NCBI GenBank assembly: GCA_035691845.1 | Contig: DASSIN010000272.1 | Span: forward strand, 936-64,935 | Reading direction: 5' to 3' | DNA: 64,000 bases | From: Candidatus Eiseniibacteriota bacterium | GTDB lineage: Bacteria; Eisenbacteria; RBG-16-71-46 | In this document: positions 45,305-55,617 of the stretch, piece by piece | Numbering within the stretch: the first letter of the stretch is position 1 | Layout: every line of letters starts with the position of its first letter | Notes under the pieces: generated by a model | The model's input: only the letters and a program-made list of their open reading frames with translations | The model's database searches: none | What the model was told of the DNA's origin: nothing | Program-made: the position numbers and the translations under genes

Positions 45305-45994
45305 GTGCCGATGATCCGGGGACAGGTCGTCATGGCTCGATCCCAGCACTCGCACGCACCCGCCGCCCGCCGCACCCGGCGCCGCCCGCCGGCCTCCGCC
45401 AACGGCGGCACGCCGCGCATCCGCGCCAAGCGCCAGCGCCGGCGCGCCGAGATCCTGCACGCCGCGCTGCGCGCGTTCGCCGAGAAGGGCTACCACCGCA
45501 CCACGCTCGACCACATCGCCGAGCACGTGGGCGTGGGGAAGACCGCCCTCTACCATTACTTCCCCGACAAGGAAGCGATCCTGTACGCGTGCCACCGCGA
45601 GTCGCTCGACGAGCTGGCGCGCATCCTGCGCGAGGCCGACCGGCTCGACTCCGCCTCGGACCGGCTGGCGCATGTCGTGCGCGAACACGTGCGCGTCATG
45701 ACCGACACGCTGCAGGGCTCTCCGCTGGCGTTCGAAGTGACGGCGCTGTCGCCCGCCCGGCAGGCCGGGCTGATCGCGGAGCGTGACCGCTACGAGCGCC
45801 GGCTGCGGCGCATCATCGAGGATGGCATGCGCGGCGGCGAGTTCCGCAAGGGGAATTCCAAGATCGCGGTGTTCGTGGTGCTGGGCGCGATCAACTGGAT
45901 CGCGCGCTGGTACCACCCGGAAGGGGAGCTGCACGCCTCGGAGCTGGGGCGCGAGTTCGTGGACCGGCTGATGGGAGGCCTCGCACGACGATGA
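45305..45994 (+). CDS. TetR-family transcriptional regulator (first gene of the operon)
   Basis: The HTH 'TTLDHIAEHVGVGKTALYHYFPDKEAIL' is present. The stop overlaps the next start (ATGA). Confidence 0.8.
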   Translation: MPMIRGQVVMARSQHSHAPAARRTRRRPPASANGGTPRIRAKRQRRRAEILHAALRAFAEKGYHRTTLDHIAEHVGVGKTALYHYFPDKEAILYACHRESLDELARILREADRLDSASDRLAHVVREHVRVMTDTLQGSPLAFEVTALSPARQAGLIAERDRYERRLRRIIEDGMRGGEFRKGNSKIAVFVVLGAINWIARWYHPEGELHASELGREFVDRLMGGLARR

Positions 45995-47100
45995 GCACGG
46001 GACTGGAGCACGGAAGTCGCGCCGGACGGGGACGCCCACGCGCGGAGACGATGAAGGCGGTGCGACTGGTGGCGGTGGGGCAGCCGCTGATCGTGGACGA
46101 GGTGCCGGTGCCGCGGCCCGGGCCCGACGAGGTGCTGATCCGGGTGGCGGGCTGCGGCGTGTGTCATACCGACATCGGCTTCTGGAAGGACGGCGTGCCC
46201 ACGCGGCACGCGCTGCCGCTCACGCTCGGACACGAGATCAGCGGCACGGTGGTGGAAGCGGGGCCGGGACGCGCCGAGCTGCTGGATCGCGAGGTGATCG
46301 TGCCGGCGGTGATTCCGTGCGGCGCGTGCGAGCTGTGTCGCGCGGGGCGCGGGAACATCTGCCGGCGGCAGCTCATGCCCGGCAACGACATGGACGGCGG
46401 GTTCGCCGAGTACGTGGTCGCGCCGGCGCGCGGCCTGTGCGTTGTGGAGGCGCGCGGAGCGTACGCGCTCGCCGAGCTGTCGGTGGTCGCCGACGCCGTC
46501 ACCACGCCCTACCAGGCGGTGGCGCGCAGCGGCCTCCAGGCCGGCGACCTCGCGATCGTGGTGGGCGCCGGCGGGGTGGGCGCCTATTGCGTCCAGATCG
46601 CCGCGGCGCGCGGGGCGCGCGTGATCGCGATCGACGTGAACGCGCGCCGCCTGGCCTCGCTCGCCGCGCACGGCGCCGGGCTCGGCATCGACGCCGCGGC
46701 GAACGACTTCAAAGCGATCAAGCGGCAGGTGCAGTCGCAGGCCGCGTCGTGGAGATGCGCGGAGCACGGCTGGAAGATCTTCGAGTGCTCGGGCCAGCCC
46801 CGGGGACAGGAGACGGCATTCGGGCTGCTGACACACGCCGCGACGCTGATGGTGATCGGCTTCACACTGGCGAAGACCGAGCTGCGATTGAGCAACGTCA
46901 TGGCGTTCGACGCAACGGTGCAGGGCACGTGGGGATGCCGTCCGGAGCTGTACCCCGAAGCGCTGCGGCTCGTCACCGACGGCGCGGTCACGCTGGCGCC
47001 GTTCATCGAGCGTCACCCGATGCGCGACGCCCCCGCCGTGATGCAGAAGGTGGCCGACCACGCGCTCGACAGGCGCGCGATCCTCGTGCCGGACTGGTAA
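45991..47100 (+). CDS. Zn-dependent MDR alcohol dehydrogenase, candidate 6-hydroxycyclohex-1-ene-1-carbonyl-CoA dehydrogenase (Had)
   Basis: The Zn-ADH signature 'GCGVCHTDIGFWKDG...LGHEISGTVVEAGPG' and the Rossmann motif 'VVGAGGVGAYCVQIA' are present. The Had assignment rests on operon context. Confidence 0.65.
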   Translation: MSTGLEHGSRAGRGRPRAETMKAVRLVAVGQPLIVDEVPVPRPGPDEVLIRVAGCGVCHTDIGFWKDGVPTRHALPLTLGHEISGTVVEAGPGRAELLDREVIVPAVIPCGACELCRAGRGNICRRQLMPGNDMDGGFAEYVVAPARGLCVVEARGAYALAELSVVADAVTTPYQAVARSGLQAGDLAIVVGAGGVGAYCVQIAAARGARVIAIDVNARRLASLAAHGAGLGIDAAANDFKAIKRQVQSQAASWRCAEHGWKIFECSGQPRGQETAFGLLTHAATLMVIGFTLAKTELRLSNVMAFDATVQGTWGCRPELYPEALRLVTDGAVTLAPFIERHPMRDAPAVMQKVADHALDRRAILVPDW

Positions 47101-47136
47101 ACCCGCCGGCGCGGCCGGGCAGGGAAGGAGCAACCC

Positions 47137-48240
47137 ATGCTGAAGAGCCACACGCTGGTGCAGGACATCGCGTTCCGGAACATCGGCTACGAGCTCAAGC
47201 CGGCGCGGGATCCGGCCGGCAACGCCGTGTCCGGACTGTTCAACGCCTGGATCGTGCTCGACAACCCATCGCAGCACAACAGCTACACCACCGAGGCCGT
47301 GAAGGAGATCGTGCTGGCGTTCCGGCAGGCCAGCATGGATCGCCGCGTGGTGGCATGCGTGTTCACGGCGGTGGGGAACCGCGCGTTCTGCACCGGCGGC
47401 AACACCCGCGAGTACGCCGAGTACTACGCGGGCAATCCGCAGGAATACAAGCAGTACATGCGGCTGTTCAACGACATGATCGACACCATCCTGCGCTGCG
47501 ACAAGCCGGTGATCAACCGCGTGAACGGCATGCGGGTCGCAGGCGGGCAGGAGATCGGCATGGCGTGCGACTTCAGCGTCGCCGCCGACACCGCCACGTT
47601 CGGGCAGGCCGGGCCGCGCCACGGCTCGGCCCCGGACGGCGGCTCCACCGACTTCCTGCCGCTGTACGTGGGGTTCGCGCACGCGATCGAGAGCGGCGTG
47701 CTGTGCGACCTGTGGAGCGCGCACAAGGCGCTCCAGCTCGGGCTCCTGAACCAGATCGTGCCGGCGCTGAAGGTGAACGGCGAGTGGATCGCGAATCCGC
47801 TCGTGATCACCGACCGCATGACGGACGCGTTCGGCAACCTGGTGTTCGGTGACTTCAAGCACGGCGCCGAGCGCGAGGCCGCCGAGCGCGTGCTGGCCGG
47901 CGCCACCGCCGATCTGACCCGCCTCGACCAGGCGGTGGAGCAGTTGTGCACGCGGCTGCTGATGCTGATGCCGGAGTGCGTCTCGAAGACGCTGAGCAGC
48001 CTGCGCAAGCACAAGCAGTGGCACTGGGACAACACCAGCGTCACCAATCGCGAGTGGCTCGCGCTCAACATGATGACCGAGGGCCGGATCGGGTTCCGCG
48101 CCTTCAACGCCGGCGCGCGCGGCCGGCGCGAGGTGGACTTCATCAAGCTCCGCCAGCTGCTGGCCGAGGGGCACGCGTGGGATGACGAGCTGATGCGCGC
48201 CGTGTCGCCGGACGGGGCGCGGCTGCAGGAGCAGCACTAG
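47137..48240 (+). CDS. oah: 6-oxocyclohex-1-ene-1-carbonyl-CoA hydrolase (Oah/BamA-type ring-cleaving crotonase)
   Basis: This is a 367-aa crotonase-fold protein, whereas typical enoyl-CoA hydratases are about 260 aa. It has 'FCTGGN' and 'VNGMRVAGGQEIGMACD'. It also has 'QHNSYTT' and 'GQEIGMA', matching as I recall them the peptide motifs targeted by the published bamA marker primers. It sits next to a Zn-ADH and a BCR-like enzyme. Confidence 0.75.
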   Translation: MLKSHTLVQDIAFRNIGYELKPARDPAGNAVSGLFNAWIVLDNPSQHNSYTTEAVKEIVLAFRQASMDRRVVACVFTAVGNRAFCTGGNTREYAEYYAGNPQEYKQYMRLFNDMIDTILRCDKPVINRVNGMRVAGGQEIGMACDFSVAADTATFGQAGPRHGSAPDGGSTDFLPLYVGFAHAIESGVLCDLWSAHKALQLGLLNQIVPALKVNGEWIANPLVITDRMTDAFGNLVFGDFKHGAEREAAERVLAGATADLTRLDQAVEQLCTRLLMLMPECVSKTLSSLRKHKQWHWDNTSVTNREWLALNMMTEGRIGFRAFNAGARGRREVDFIKLRQLLAEGHAWDDELMRAVSPDGARLQEQH

Positions 48241-48250
48241 ACGCCGGGCG

Positions 48251-49024
48251 GTGGCGCGCGCGGCGAAGGAGCGGTCGACGATGGATCTCGGGCTGCGGAA
48301 CAAGGTGGCGATCGTGACCGGCGGAGCCGACGGCATCGGCGGCGCGATCGCCGTCGCGCTGGCGGCCGAGGGCTGCGACGTTGCGATCGTGGACCGCAGC
48401 GCCGATGCCGGCTGCACGCTGCAGGCGGTGGCCGCACACGGCCGGCGCGGGCGCGCGATCCAGGCCGACGTGCGCGACGCGGCGGCCGCCGCGGCCATCG
48501 TGGCGGACGTGGCGCGCGAGTTCGGGCGGCTCGACATCGTGGTGTGCAACGCCGGCATCACCGCGGACGCCACGCTCGCGCGGATGACCGAGGCGCAGTG
48601 GGACGACGTCATCGACGTCAATCTCAAGGGCTGCTTCAACTACATGCACGCCGCCGCCCGCCACTTCATGGAGCGCAAGGGCGGCCGGATCGTGAACATC
48701 GCGTCGATCAACGGGCTGCGCGGCAAGTTCGGGCAGGCCAACTACGCCGCCTCCAAGGGCGGGATGATCGCGATGAGCAAGACGGCCGCCCGCGAGCTGG
48801 GGCGCTACAACGTGACGGTGAACGTGGTCGCGCCCGGCATGGTGATGACGCCGATGGCGCGGCGGCTGCCCGCCGATGTGATCGAGCGGGCGGTGGACGA
48901 GACGGTGCTCGGGCGGCTGGTGACGCCCGAGGACTGCGCGAACGCCGTGGTGTTCCTGTGCTCCGAGGGGGCGCGGCACATCACCGGAGAGGTGATCCAG
49001 GTCGATGGCGGCCAGTATCTCTAG
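48251..49024 (+). CDS. SDR-family 3-hydroxyacyl-CoA dehydrogenase/oxoacyl reductase
   Basis: 'KVAIVTGGADGIGGAIAVALAAEG', 'CNAGIT' and the catalytic 'YAASKGGM' are present. An alternative start is at 48281. Confidence 0.8.
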   Translation: MARAAKERSTMDLGLRNKVAIVTGGADGIGGAIAVALAAEGCDVAIVDRSADAGCTLQAVAAHGRRGRAIQADVRDAAAAAAIVADVAREFGRLDIVVCNAGITADATLARMTEAQWDDVIDVNLKGCFNYMHAAARHFMERKGGRIVNIASINGLRGKFGQANYAASKGGMIAMSKTAARELGRYNVTVNVVAPGMVMTPMARRLPADVIERAVDETVLGRLVTPEDCANAVVFLCSEGARHITGEVIQVDGGQYL

Positions 49025-50198
49025 ACATGCCGGCCGGGACGGCCGGCCCAGGGTCGGAATCGTCGGCATCGGCCATACCGCGTTCGGCCGGCGCGGCGAC
49101 GCCAGCGTGCAGGAGCTGGCGTTCGAGGCGTTCGCGGCGGCGCTGAACGACGCCGGGATCGGGCGCGACGACGTCGACGCCTCGGTGATCGCCGCGGTGC
49201 CCGAGTACCACAAGCAGCGCTCGCCCGCGGGCGTGGTGCACGAGTACCTGGGGCTCCCGCCCCGGCCGACGTGGCTGGTCGAGGCGGCGTGCGCCTCGGG
49301 CAGCGCCGCGATCCGCACGGCGTGGCTCGAGATCCGCGCCGGCGCCCACGACGTGGTGGCCGTGATCGGCTGCCAGAAGATGACCGAGCTGCCGACGGCC
49401 GAGCTGCTCGGCCTGATGGGGCGCGTCGGGGACGTGCAGTGGGAGTCGTGCTTCGGCACCACGTTCCCGGCCTACTACGCGATGTTCGCGCGCCGGCACA
49501 TGCACGAGCACGGCACCACCTCCGAGCAGCTCGGCGCGGTGGCGGTCAAGAACCACTACTACGGCGCGCGCAATCCGCTGGCGATGTTCCGCAAGGAGGT
49601 GACGCCGGAGCAGGTGGCGCAGTCGGAGCCGGTGGCGACGCCGCTCAAGGTGTTCGACTGCTGCGCCAACGCGGACGGCGCCGCATGCGTGATCCTGGCG
49701 CGCGAAGAGCGCGCGCGCGACATCTCCGATCGCCCCGTATGGCTGGCCGGCATGGGCGGCGCGTCCGACACCATGTCGGTGCTGCGGCGCACGGATCTCG
49801 CCGGCCTGCCGAGCGCGCAGCGCGCGGCCGCCGAGGCCTACGCCATGGCCGGCGTCGGTCCGCGCGACATCCGCGTGGCCGAGGTCCACGACTGCTTCAC
49901 CATCGCCGAGCTGCTGGCGTACGAGGACCTGAGGTTCTGCGCGCGCGGCGCGGGCGGGCGGTTCGTGGTCGAAGGCGAGAGCCGCGTGGGCGGGAGGACG
50001 CCGGTGAACGTGGACGGCGGCCTCAAGGCCAAGGGCCATCCGATCGGCGCGACCGGCGTGTCGATGACGTGCGAGATCGTGAAGCAGCTGCGCGGCGAGG
50101 CGGGCGAGCGCCAGGTGCCGGGGGCCGACATCGGGCTCACCCACAACGTCGGAGGAATCGGCCAGTACTGCTTCGTGCAGGTGCTGGCGAGGGAGTAG
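49005..50198 (+). CDS. Thiolase-like protein (SCP2/nsLTP-type, non-canonical thiolase)
   Basis: 'RVGIVGIGHTAFGRRGD' is present, with the active-site Cys in 'VEAACASGSAAIRTA' and the C-terminal 'HPIGATGVSMTCE'. Confidence 0.75.
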   Translation: MAASISRHAGRDGRPRVGIVGIGHTAFGRRGDASVQELAFEAFAAALNDAGIGRDDVDASVIAAVPEYHKQRSPAGVVHEYLGLPPRPTWLVEAACASGSAAIRTAWLEIRAGAHDVVAVIGCQKMTELPTAELLGLMGRVGDVQWESCFGTTFPAYYAMFARRHMHEHGTTSEQLGAVAVKNHYYGARNPLAMFRKEVTPEQVAQSEPVATPLKVFDCCANADGAACVILAREERARDISDRPVWLAGMGGASDTMSVLRRTDLAGLPSAQRAAAEAYAMAGVGPRDIRVAEVHDCFTIAELLAYEDLRFCARGAGGRFVVEGESRVGGRTPVNVDGGLKAKGHPIGATGVSMTCEIVKQLRGEAGERQVPGADIGLTHNVGGIGQYCFVQVLARE

Positions 50199-50201
50199 GC
50201 G

Positions 50202-50699
50202 ATGTTCAAGTGGTTCGGCAAGGTGAACTTCACGCCGTGCACGCGCGTGGCGGAGTTCGCGGCGCACCTGAAGGACGGCCGCATGATGGCGGCGCGCTGC
50301 CGCGGCTGCGGCGCGCACAGCTTTCCGCCGCGCGCCGACTGCGAGGCGTGCATGGGCCGCAGCTTCGAGTTCGTCGAGATCAGCGGCCGCGGCACGCTGT
50401 ACACGTACACGACCGTGGCGGCGGCGCCCACCGGCTTCGAGCGCGCGGCGCCGTACACGATCGGGGTGGTGGCGCTGGAGGAGGGCGGGCGGGCGCTGGC
50501 GTGGATCGGCGACACCATCCACGAGCGCGACCTGCGGATCGGGATGCCGCTGCAGCTCGTGCCGCGGGTCGATGACGAATGCGAGCAGATCGCCGTCTCG
50601 TACACGCTCGAACGCGCGGGCACCACGTGGTTCAAGGCGGAGACGGCGGGACCGCGCGAGCCCGAAACCGCCGCCGCGCACGAAGGAGGCCCGCGATGA
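50202..50699 (+). CDS. DUF35 Zn-ribbon/OB-fold protein (partner of the SCP2-type thiolase)
   Basis: The Cys4 ribbon 'CRGCGAHSFPPRADCEAC' is followed by an OB-fold segment 'GRGTLYTYTTV'. Confidence 0.75.
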   Translation: MFKWFGKVNFTPCTRVAEFAAHLKDGRMMAARCRGCGAHSFPPRADCEACMGRSFEFVEISGRGTLYTYTTVAAAPTGFERAAPYTIGVVALEEGGRALAWIGDTIHERDLRIGMPLQLVPRVDDECEQIAVSYTLERAGTTWFKAETAGPREPETAAAHEGGPR

Positions 50700-51451
50700 T
50701 CCACACCTCGATTCGCGACGGGATCGCGACGCTGACGCTCGACCACCCACCGCTCAACATCCTGACGCAGGCGATGCTGGTCGAGCTGCGCGGCGCGCTC
50801 GGGCAGCTCGCGGACGACCACGACGTGCGCGTGCTGGTGGTACGGGCCGCAGGCGATCAGTTCTCGGCCGGCGCCGACGTGGGCGAGCATCTCCCGCCGC
50901 GCCACCGCGAACTGATTCCCGAGTTCGTCGCCACCGTGCGCCGGCTGGCGGAGTTCCCGACGCCGGTGGTGGCGGCGGTGCGTGGCCGCTGCCTGGGCGG
51001 CGGGTTCGAGCTGGTGCAGGCGGCCGACATCGTCGTGGCGGGCGAGGGCGCCACGTTCGGCCAGCCCGAGATCCGGCTCGGCGTCTCGCCGCCGGCCGCG
51101 TGCGCGCTGTTGCCCGGGCTCGTCGGCCCCGCGTTCGCCGCCGAGCTGGTGCTGTTGGGCGACATCGTGGACGCCGCGCGCGCGCGGGACGCGGGGCTGG
51201 TCGGCCGCGTCGTGCCCGACGCGCGCGTGGACGACGAGGCGCACGCGCTGGCCGCGCGGATGGCGCGTTCCAGCGGCGCCGCGCTGCGGCTCACCAAGCG
51301 CGCGCTGCGGCAGGGGCTCGACGCCCGGCGCGCCCAGGCGCTGGCCGCATGCCAGGCGATCTATCTCGATGAGCTGATGCGCACCGAAGACGCCGAGGAG
51401 GGCCTGCGGGCGTTCCTCGAGAAACGGACTCCCCAGTGGACGCACGCATGA
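50696..51451 (+). CDS. Enoyl-CoA hydratase/isomerase (candidate cyclohexa-1,5-diene-1-carbonyl-CoA hydratase, Dch)
   Basis: The crotonase motifs '[16 protein letters not shown]' and '[19 protein letters not shown]' are present. An AAGGAGG RBS precedes it and the start overlaps the DUF35 stop. Confidence 0.7.
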   Translation: MIHTSIRDGIATLTLDHPPLNILTQAMLVELRGALGQLADDHDVRVLVVRAAGDQFSAGADVGEHLPPRHRELIPEFVATVRRLAEFPTPVVAAVRGRCLGGGFELVQAADIVVAGEGATFGQPEIRLGVSPPAACALLPGLVGPAFAAELVLLGDIVDAARARDAGLVGRVVPDARVDDEAHALAARMARSSGAALRLTKRALRQGLDARRAQALAACQAIYLDELMRTEDAEEGLRAFLEKRTPQWTHA

Positions 51452-52617
51452 ACACGCCACGCACGTTCCCGGAATGGGAAGGGAAGCCGATCGAGGAGAT
51501 CCTGTACCACTGCCGCGAGGCGCTGGAGGATCCCGCGTTCCCGACGGTGAAACGCTGGCGCGAAGCCGGCGGCAAGGTGCTCGGGCACTTCCAGGTGTAC
51601 TTCCCCGAGGAGATCGCGCACGCGGCCGGCATGCTGCCGTTCAAGCTGCGCGGCGCCCCGGTCGAGCCCACCCAGGCCGATTCGCGCTTCGGGTCGTACC
51701 TGTGCTCGATCGTCAAGACCACGCTCGAGATCGCGCTCACGCACGCCGTCGACCTCGACATGTTCGTCACCCACCCGATCTGCGACGCGGCCCGCAACCT
51801 GGCCGGCGTGTGGGGCCGCAATTTCGAGTTCCCGTGCGAGATCCTGTACCTGCCCCAGAACGCGAATTCCGCCCACGCCCCCGAATACCTGCGCGGCGAG
51901 TACCAGCGCCTGCTGCATCGGATCGAAGGCGTCGCCGGACGGCACGTCACCGACGACGACCTGCGCCGCTCGCTGGCGGTGTTCAACGACAACCGCGCGC
52001 TGCTGCGGCGCCTGTACGACGTCAAGCGCGCCACGCCGTGGCGACTGGCCGCGGACGACGCCTACGCGCTGATGGCGGTCGGCGGCATGATCCCGCGCGA
52101 AGAGCACAACCGGCTGCTGTCCGCGGCGCTGCCGCTGATCGAACAATCCGGGGCGCGCGCCCAGGACCGCATCCGCATCGTGTTCGAGGGCGGGTTCTGC
52201 GAGCAGCCACCGCTCGAGCTGATCCGCGCCATCGGCCGCTCGTGCTACGTCGTGGACGACGATCTGCTGATCGGCATGCGCTGGATCACGGACGACGTCC
52301 CGCGCGACGGCGACCCGCTGCTGCAGCTCGCGCGCGCGTACCTCGAGCGGTCGTCGTACAGCCCGGTGCAGCACGATCTGCGCAAGCCGAAGGAGCGGAT
52401 GCTGCTGCAGCGCATCGAGCGCTCCTCGGCGCGGGCCGCGATCCTCACCGCCGCCAAGATGTGCGAGCCCGGCCTCGAGGAGCAGGTCGCCTACACCCAC
52501 GCGCTCGACGAAGCGCGCGTTCCGTATTTCGTGAGCGAGTTCCAGGAGAACATGACCAGCTACGAACAGCTCGCGATCCAGCTCGAGACGTTCGTCGAGA
52601 ACCTGATGTTCGACTGA
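51448..52617 (+). CDS. 2-hydroxyacyl-CoA dehydratase / benzoyl-CoA reductase family subunit (HGD-D fold; BcrC/BadD-like)
   Basis: The family N-terminus '[29 protein letters not shown]' and '[15 protein letters not shown]' are present. The ATG overlaps the upstream stop (ATGA); an alternative GTG is at 51436. Confidence 0.7.
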   Translation: MNTPRTFPEWEGKPIEEILYHCREALEDPAFPTVKRWREAGGKVLGHFQVYFPEEIAHAAGMLPFKLRGAPVEPTQADSRFGSYLCSIVKTTLEIALTHAVDLDMFVTHPICDAARNLAGVWGRNFEFPCEILYLPQNANSAHAPEYLRGEYQRLLHRIEGVAGRHVTDDDLRRSLAVFNDNRALLRRLYDVKRATPWRLAADDAYALMAVGGMIPREEHNRLLSAALPLIEQSGARAQDRIRIVFEGGFCEQPPLELIRAIGRSCYVVDDDLLIGMRWITDDVPRDGDPLLQLARAYLERSSYSPVQHDLRKPKERMLLQRIERSSARAAILTAAKMCEPGLEEQVAYTHALDEARVPYFVSEFQENMTSYEQLAIQLETFVENLMFD

Positions 52618-52629
52618 GAGGCCATCCCA

Positions 52630-53933
52630 TGCACGATCCACCGGCTGACGCGACGCTCGCAGGGCGGGGCAACCACGAAGGCGCCCGGCTGTTCCGGGCG
52701 TGGTTCGACGACTTGAGCGCGGCGGCGCAGGCCGGCCGCGGCGCCGCGTACGTGTTCGTGATGGGCAGCCTGGCCGAGCTGCTGCGCACGTTCGACCTGC
52801 CGGTGGTGTTCCCGGAGATCAACTCGCTGCAGACCGCGGTGCGGCACGTGGCGCACGATTACCTGAACCAGGCCGAAGACTACGGCTATTCGCCCGACAT
52901 CTGCGGCTACGTGAAGGCCGACGTGGCCACGCAGATGCGCGCGGGCGCGCTGCCGATGGGGACGATCCCCAAGCCGGCGATCGCGCTGAGCACGAACGCG
53001 TGCAACACCTACATCAAGTGGGCGGAGATCTGGGAGCGCATGTACGGCATCCCCACGGTCACGCTCGACGTGCCCGGCAACCGCGCGGCCGGGGCGGCGT
53101 CCCAGCCCGGCAGCCCGGAGTTCGAGAACGATCTGCGCTACGTTGCCGCGCAGCTGCGCGAACTGATTCCGCTGCTCGAGAAGGTGAGCGGCGTCGCGTT
53201 CGACGTCGACCGGCTGCGCGAGCACATGGCACACGCCAACGCCATGAATCGCGACTGGAAACGCGTGCTCGAGCTGAACCGCAGCCACCCGGCGCCGTTC
53301 AACGCGTTGTCGGACGGCACCATCTTCCTCGGCGTCGCCAACGCGCAGCGCGGCACGCCGGAGGGTGCGCGCTACTTCGCCGAGCTGGTGGAGGAGATGG
53401 AGTACAAGAGCGCGCACGGGATCGGCACGCCCACCGCGGAGCACTACCGGCTGATCTTCGTGGGCGTGCCGTGCTATCCGATCTTCCGGCGGTTCTCGGA
53501 GCTGTTCAGCGAGCTGGGTGGCGCGTTCGTCCACTCCACATATCTGTGGTTCGCGTCCGGCGGCGCGCATACGGGATTCCAGTGCCGGCTCGACGATCCG
53601 CTGATGGGCCTCGCCGAGGGGCTGCTGGTCACGGTGCGCGAGGCGATGGACAGCATGTTCTTCGTCGCCGATCCGCTGCTGCACATGGTGCGTGACTACG
53701 CCGCGGACGGCGTGGTGTTCCATCCCATCAAGAGCTGCCGCACGGTGTCGACCGGACTGGCCGACACCCGCCGCGCGCTGATGCAGGCGCGCGACGTCCC
53801 AAGCCTGTTCATCGAATCGGACATGATGGACCGCCGCGTGGTGTCGGAGGCGCAGCTCAAGAATCGCATCGACGCATTCTTCGAAGGCCTGGCGACGCGC
53901 CGGCGGCAGGCGGCCGTCGTCGCGCAGGCGTGA
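52630..53933 (+). CDS. 2-hydroxyacyl-CoA dehydratase / benzoyl-CoA reductase family subunit (HGD-D fold; BcrB/BadE-like)
   Basis: '[28 protein letters not shown]' and '[12 protein letters not shown]' are present. It is 434 aa long. Confidence 0.7.
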
Positions 53934-53944
53934 GCGGGGGGACC

Positions 53945-54763
53945 ATGGCATACGCAGCCGGCGTGGACGTCGGATCCACGCAGACCAAGGCGGTGATCAT
54001 CGACGAACACCGCAGGATCGTGGCGCGCGCGCTGATCGAGACCGGCGCCAACGTGACCGCCGCGGCCGAGAGCGCGTTCCAGCAGGCGCGCGCGGCCGGC
54101 GACGTGGCCGAGGAGGAGGTCGAGTACGTGGTCGGCACCGGCTATGGGCGCTACAAGGTCACGTTCGGAAACTCGCAGGTGACCGAGATCAGCTGCCACG
54201 GACGCGGCGCGGTGCAGATGTTCCCGCTCACGCGCACGGTGGTGGACATGGGCGGGCAGGACACCAAGGCGATCCGCGTGTCGCCCACCGGCGAGATCCT
54301 CGACTTCTGCATGAACGACAAGTGCGCGGCCGGCACCGGCCGGTTCCTGGGCGCGGCCTCGTCCGCGCTCGACATCCCGCTCGACCAGCTCGGGCCCACC
54401 GCGCTGCGCGGCGAGCGCCCGGTCAAGATCAGCACCACCTGCACGGTGTTCGCCGAGTCCGAAGTGCTGTCGTGGCTCGGCAAGGGCAAGAAGATCCAGG
54501 ACATCCTGCTCGGCGTGCACCAGTCGATCGCCGTGCGCTCGGCCGGTCTGCTGCGCCGCGTCGGGATCGAGCCGCAGGTGACGTTCACGGGCGGCGTGGC
54601 GCGCAACGTCGCCATGATCAAGACGCTCGAGGAGCGCCTCGGGCTCACCGTCAACGTGAGCGAGGACTCGCATTACATGGGCGCGCTCGGCGCCGCGCTG
54701 TTCGCGCTCGACCACATTCTCGCCGGACGCGCGGCGCCGCAGCCGAGCCAGGGGGCCGCATGA
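53945..54763 (+). CDS. BadF/BadG/BcrA/BcrD-type ATPase (acyl-CoA reductase/dehydratase activator subunit)
   Basis: The ASKHA fold motifs '[16 protein letters not shown]' and '[16 protein letters not shown]' (cluster-ligating Cys) and '[10 protein letters not shown]' are present. Confidence 0.75.
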   Translation: MAYAAGVDVGSTQTKAVIIDEHRRIVARALIETGANVTAAAESAFQQARAAGDVAEEEVEYVVGTGYGRYKVTFGNSQVTEISCHGRGAVQMFPLTRTVVDMGGQDTKAIRVSPTGEILDFCMNDKCAAGTGRFLGAASSALDIPLDQLGPTALRGERPVKISTTCTVFAESEVLSWLGKGKKIQDILLGVHQSIAVRSAGLLRRVGIEPQVTFTGGVARNVAMIKTLEERLGLTVNVSEDSHYMGALGAALFALDHILAGRAAPQPSQGAA

Positions 54764-55617
54764 CATACACGTCGGGCATCGACATCGGCTCCACGTACAC
54801 CAAGGTCGTGATCCTGAACGAGCGCTGCGAGATCGCGGCGAGGATCATGATGCCGACCGGCTTCCAGCTCGCGCAGGTGGCGGAGCAGGCGCATGGTCGC
54901 GCCGTGGCCGCCGCGGGGCTCAGCCCCGAGGACGTGGCATACGCCGTCGCCACCGGGTTCGGCCGGCATCAGGCGACGTTCGTGGACATCCAGGTGACGG
55001 ACCTCACCGCGGCGGCGCGCGGCGCCACGGCGCTGTTCCCCGGGACGCGCACCATCCTCGACGTGGGCGGCCAGACGATGAAGGCCAGCGGCCTCACCGA
55101 GGACGCGCGCGTGAAATCGTTCCGGCTGAACGACAAGTGCGCGGCCGGCACCGGCGCGTTCCTCGAGAAGACCGCGCGCTACATGGGATTCTCGACCGGC
55201 GAGATCGGGCCGCTGGTCGCCACCTCCAAGACACCGGTTCCGATCTCGGGGGTGTGCGCCGTGTTCGCCGAATCCGAGGTCATCAATCATCTGTCGCAGG
55301 GCGCCGCGCCGGCCGACATCATGCACGGCGCGATCGTGTCGCTGGTGGGGCGCTCCGTGCAGCTCATGAAACGCGTCAGGATGGAGCCCGAGTTCACGCT
55401 GATCGGCGGAATCCTGCGGTTCTCGACGATGGTGGACGTCATCCGCCGCGAGCTGAAGTCGGAGGTCAACGTGCCGGAAGGGGACCTGGTGCAGTTCATC
55501 CCCGCCTACGGCGCCGCGTACCTGGGACAGCGCCGGCTGCAGCGGCTCGCGGCCGCGGGCTCCGAGACCGCGCTCGCCGAGCGCAGCGGCGCGCCGGACG
55601 TGGCGCCGCTGCGATGA
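54760..55617 (+). CDS. BadF/BadG/BcrA/BcrD-type ATPase, second paralogous subunit
   Basis: '[17 protein letters not shown]', '[16 protein letters not shown]' and '[10 protein letters not shown]' are present. The start overlaps the preceding stop (ATGA). Confidence 0.75.
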   Translation: MTYTSGIDIGSTYTKVVILNERCEIAARIMMPTGFQLAQVAEQAHGRAVAAAGLSPEDVAYAVATGFGRHQATFVDIQVTDLTAAARGATALFPGTRTILDVGGQTMKASGLTEDARVKSFRLNDKCAAGTGAFLEKTARYMGFSTGEIGPLVATSKTPVPISGVCAVFAESEVINHLSQGAAPADIMHGAIVSLVGRSVQLMKRVRMEPEFTLIGGILRFSTMVDVIRRELKSEVNVPEGDLVQFIPAYGAAYLGQRRLQRLAAAGSETALAERSGAPDVAPLR

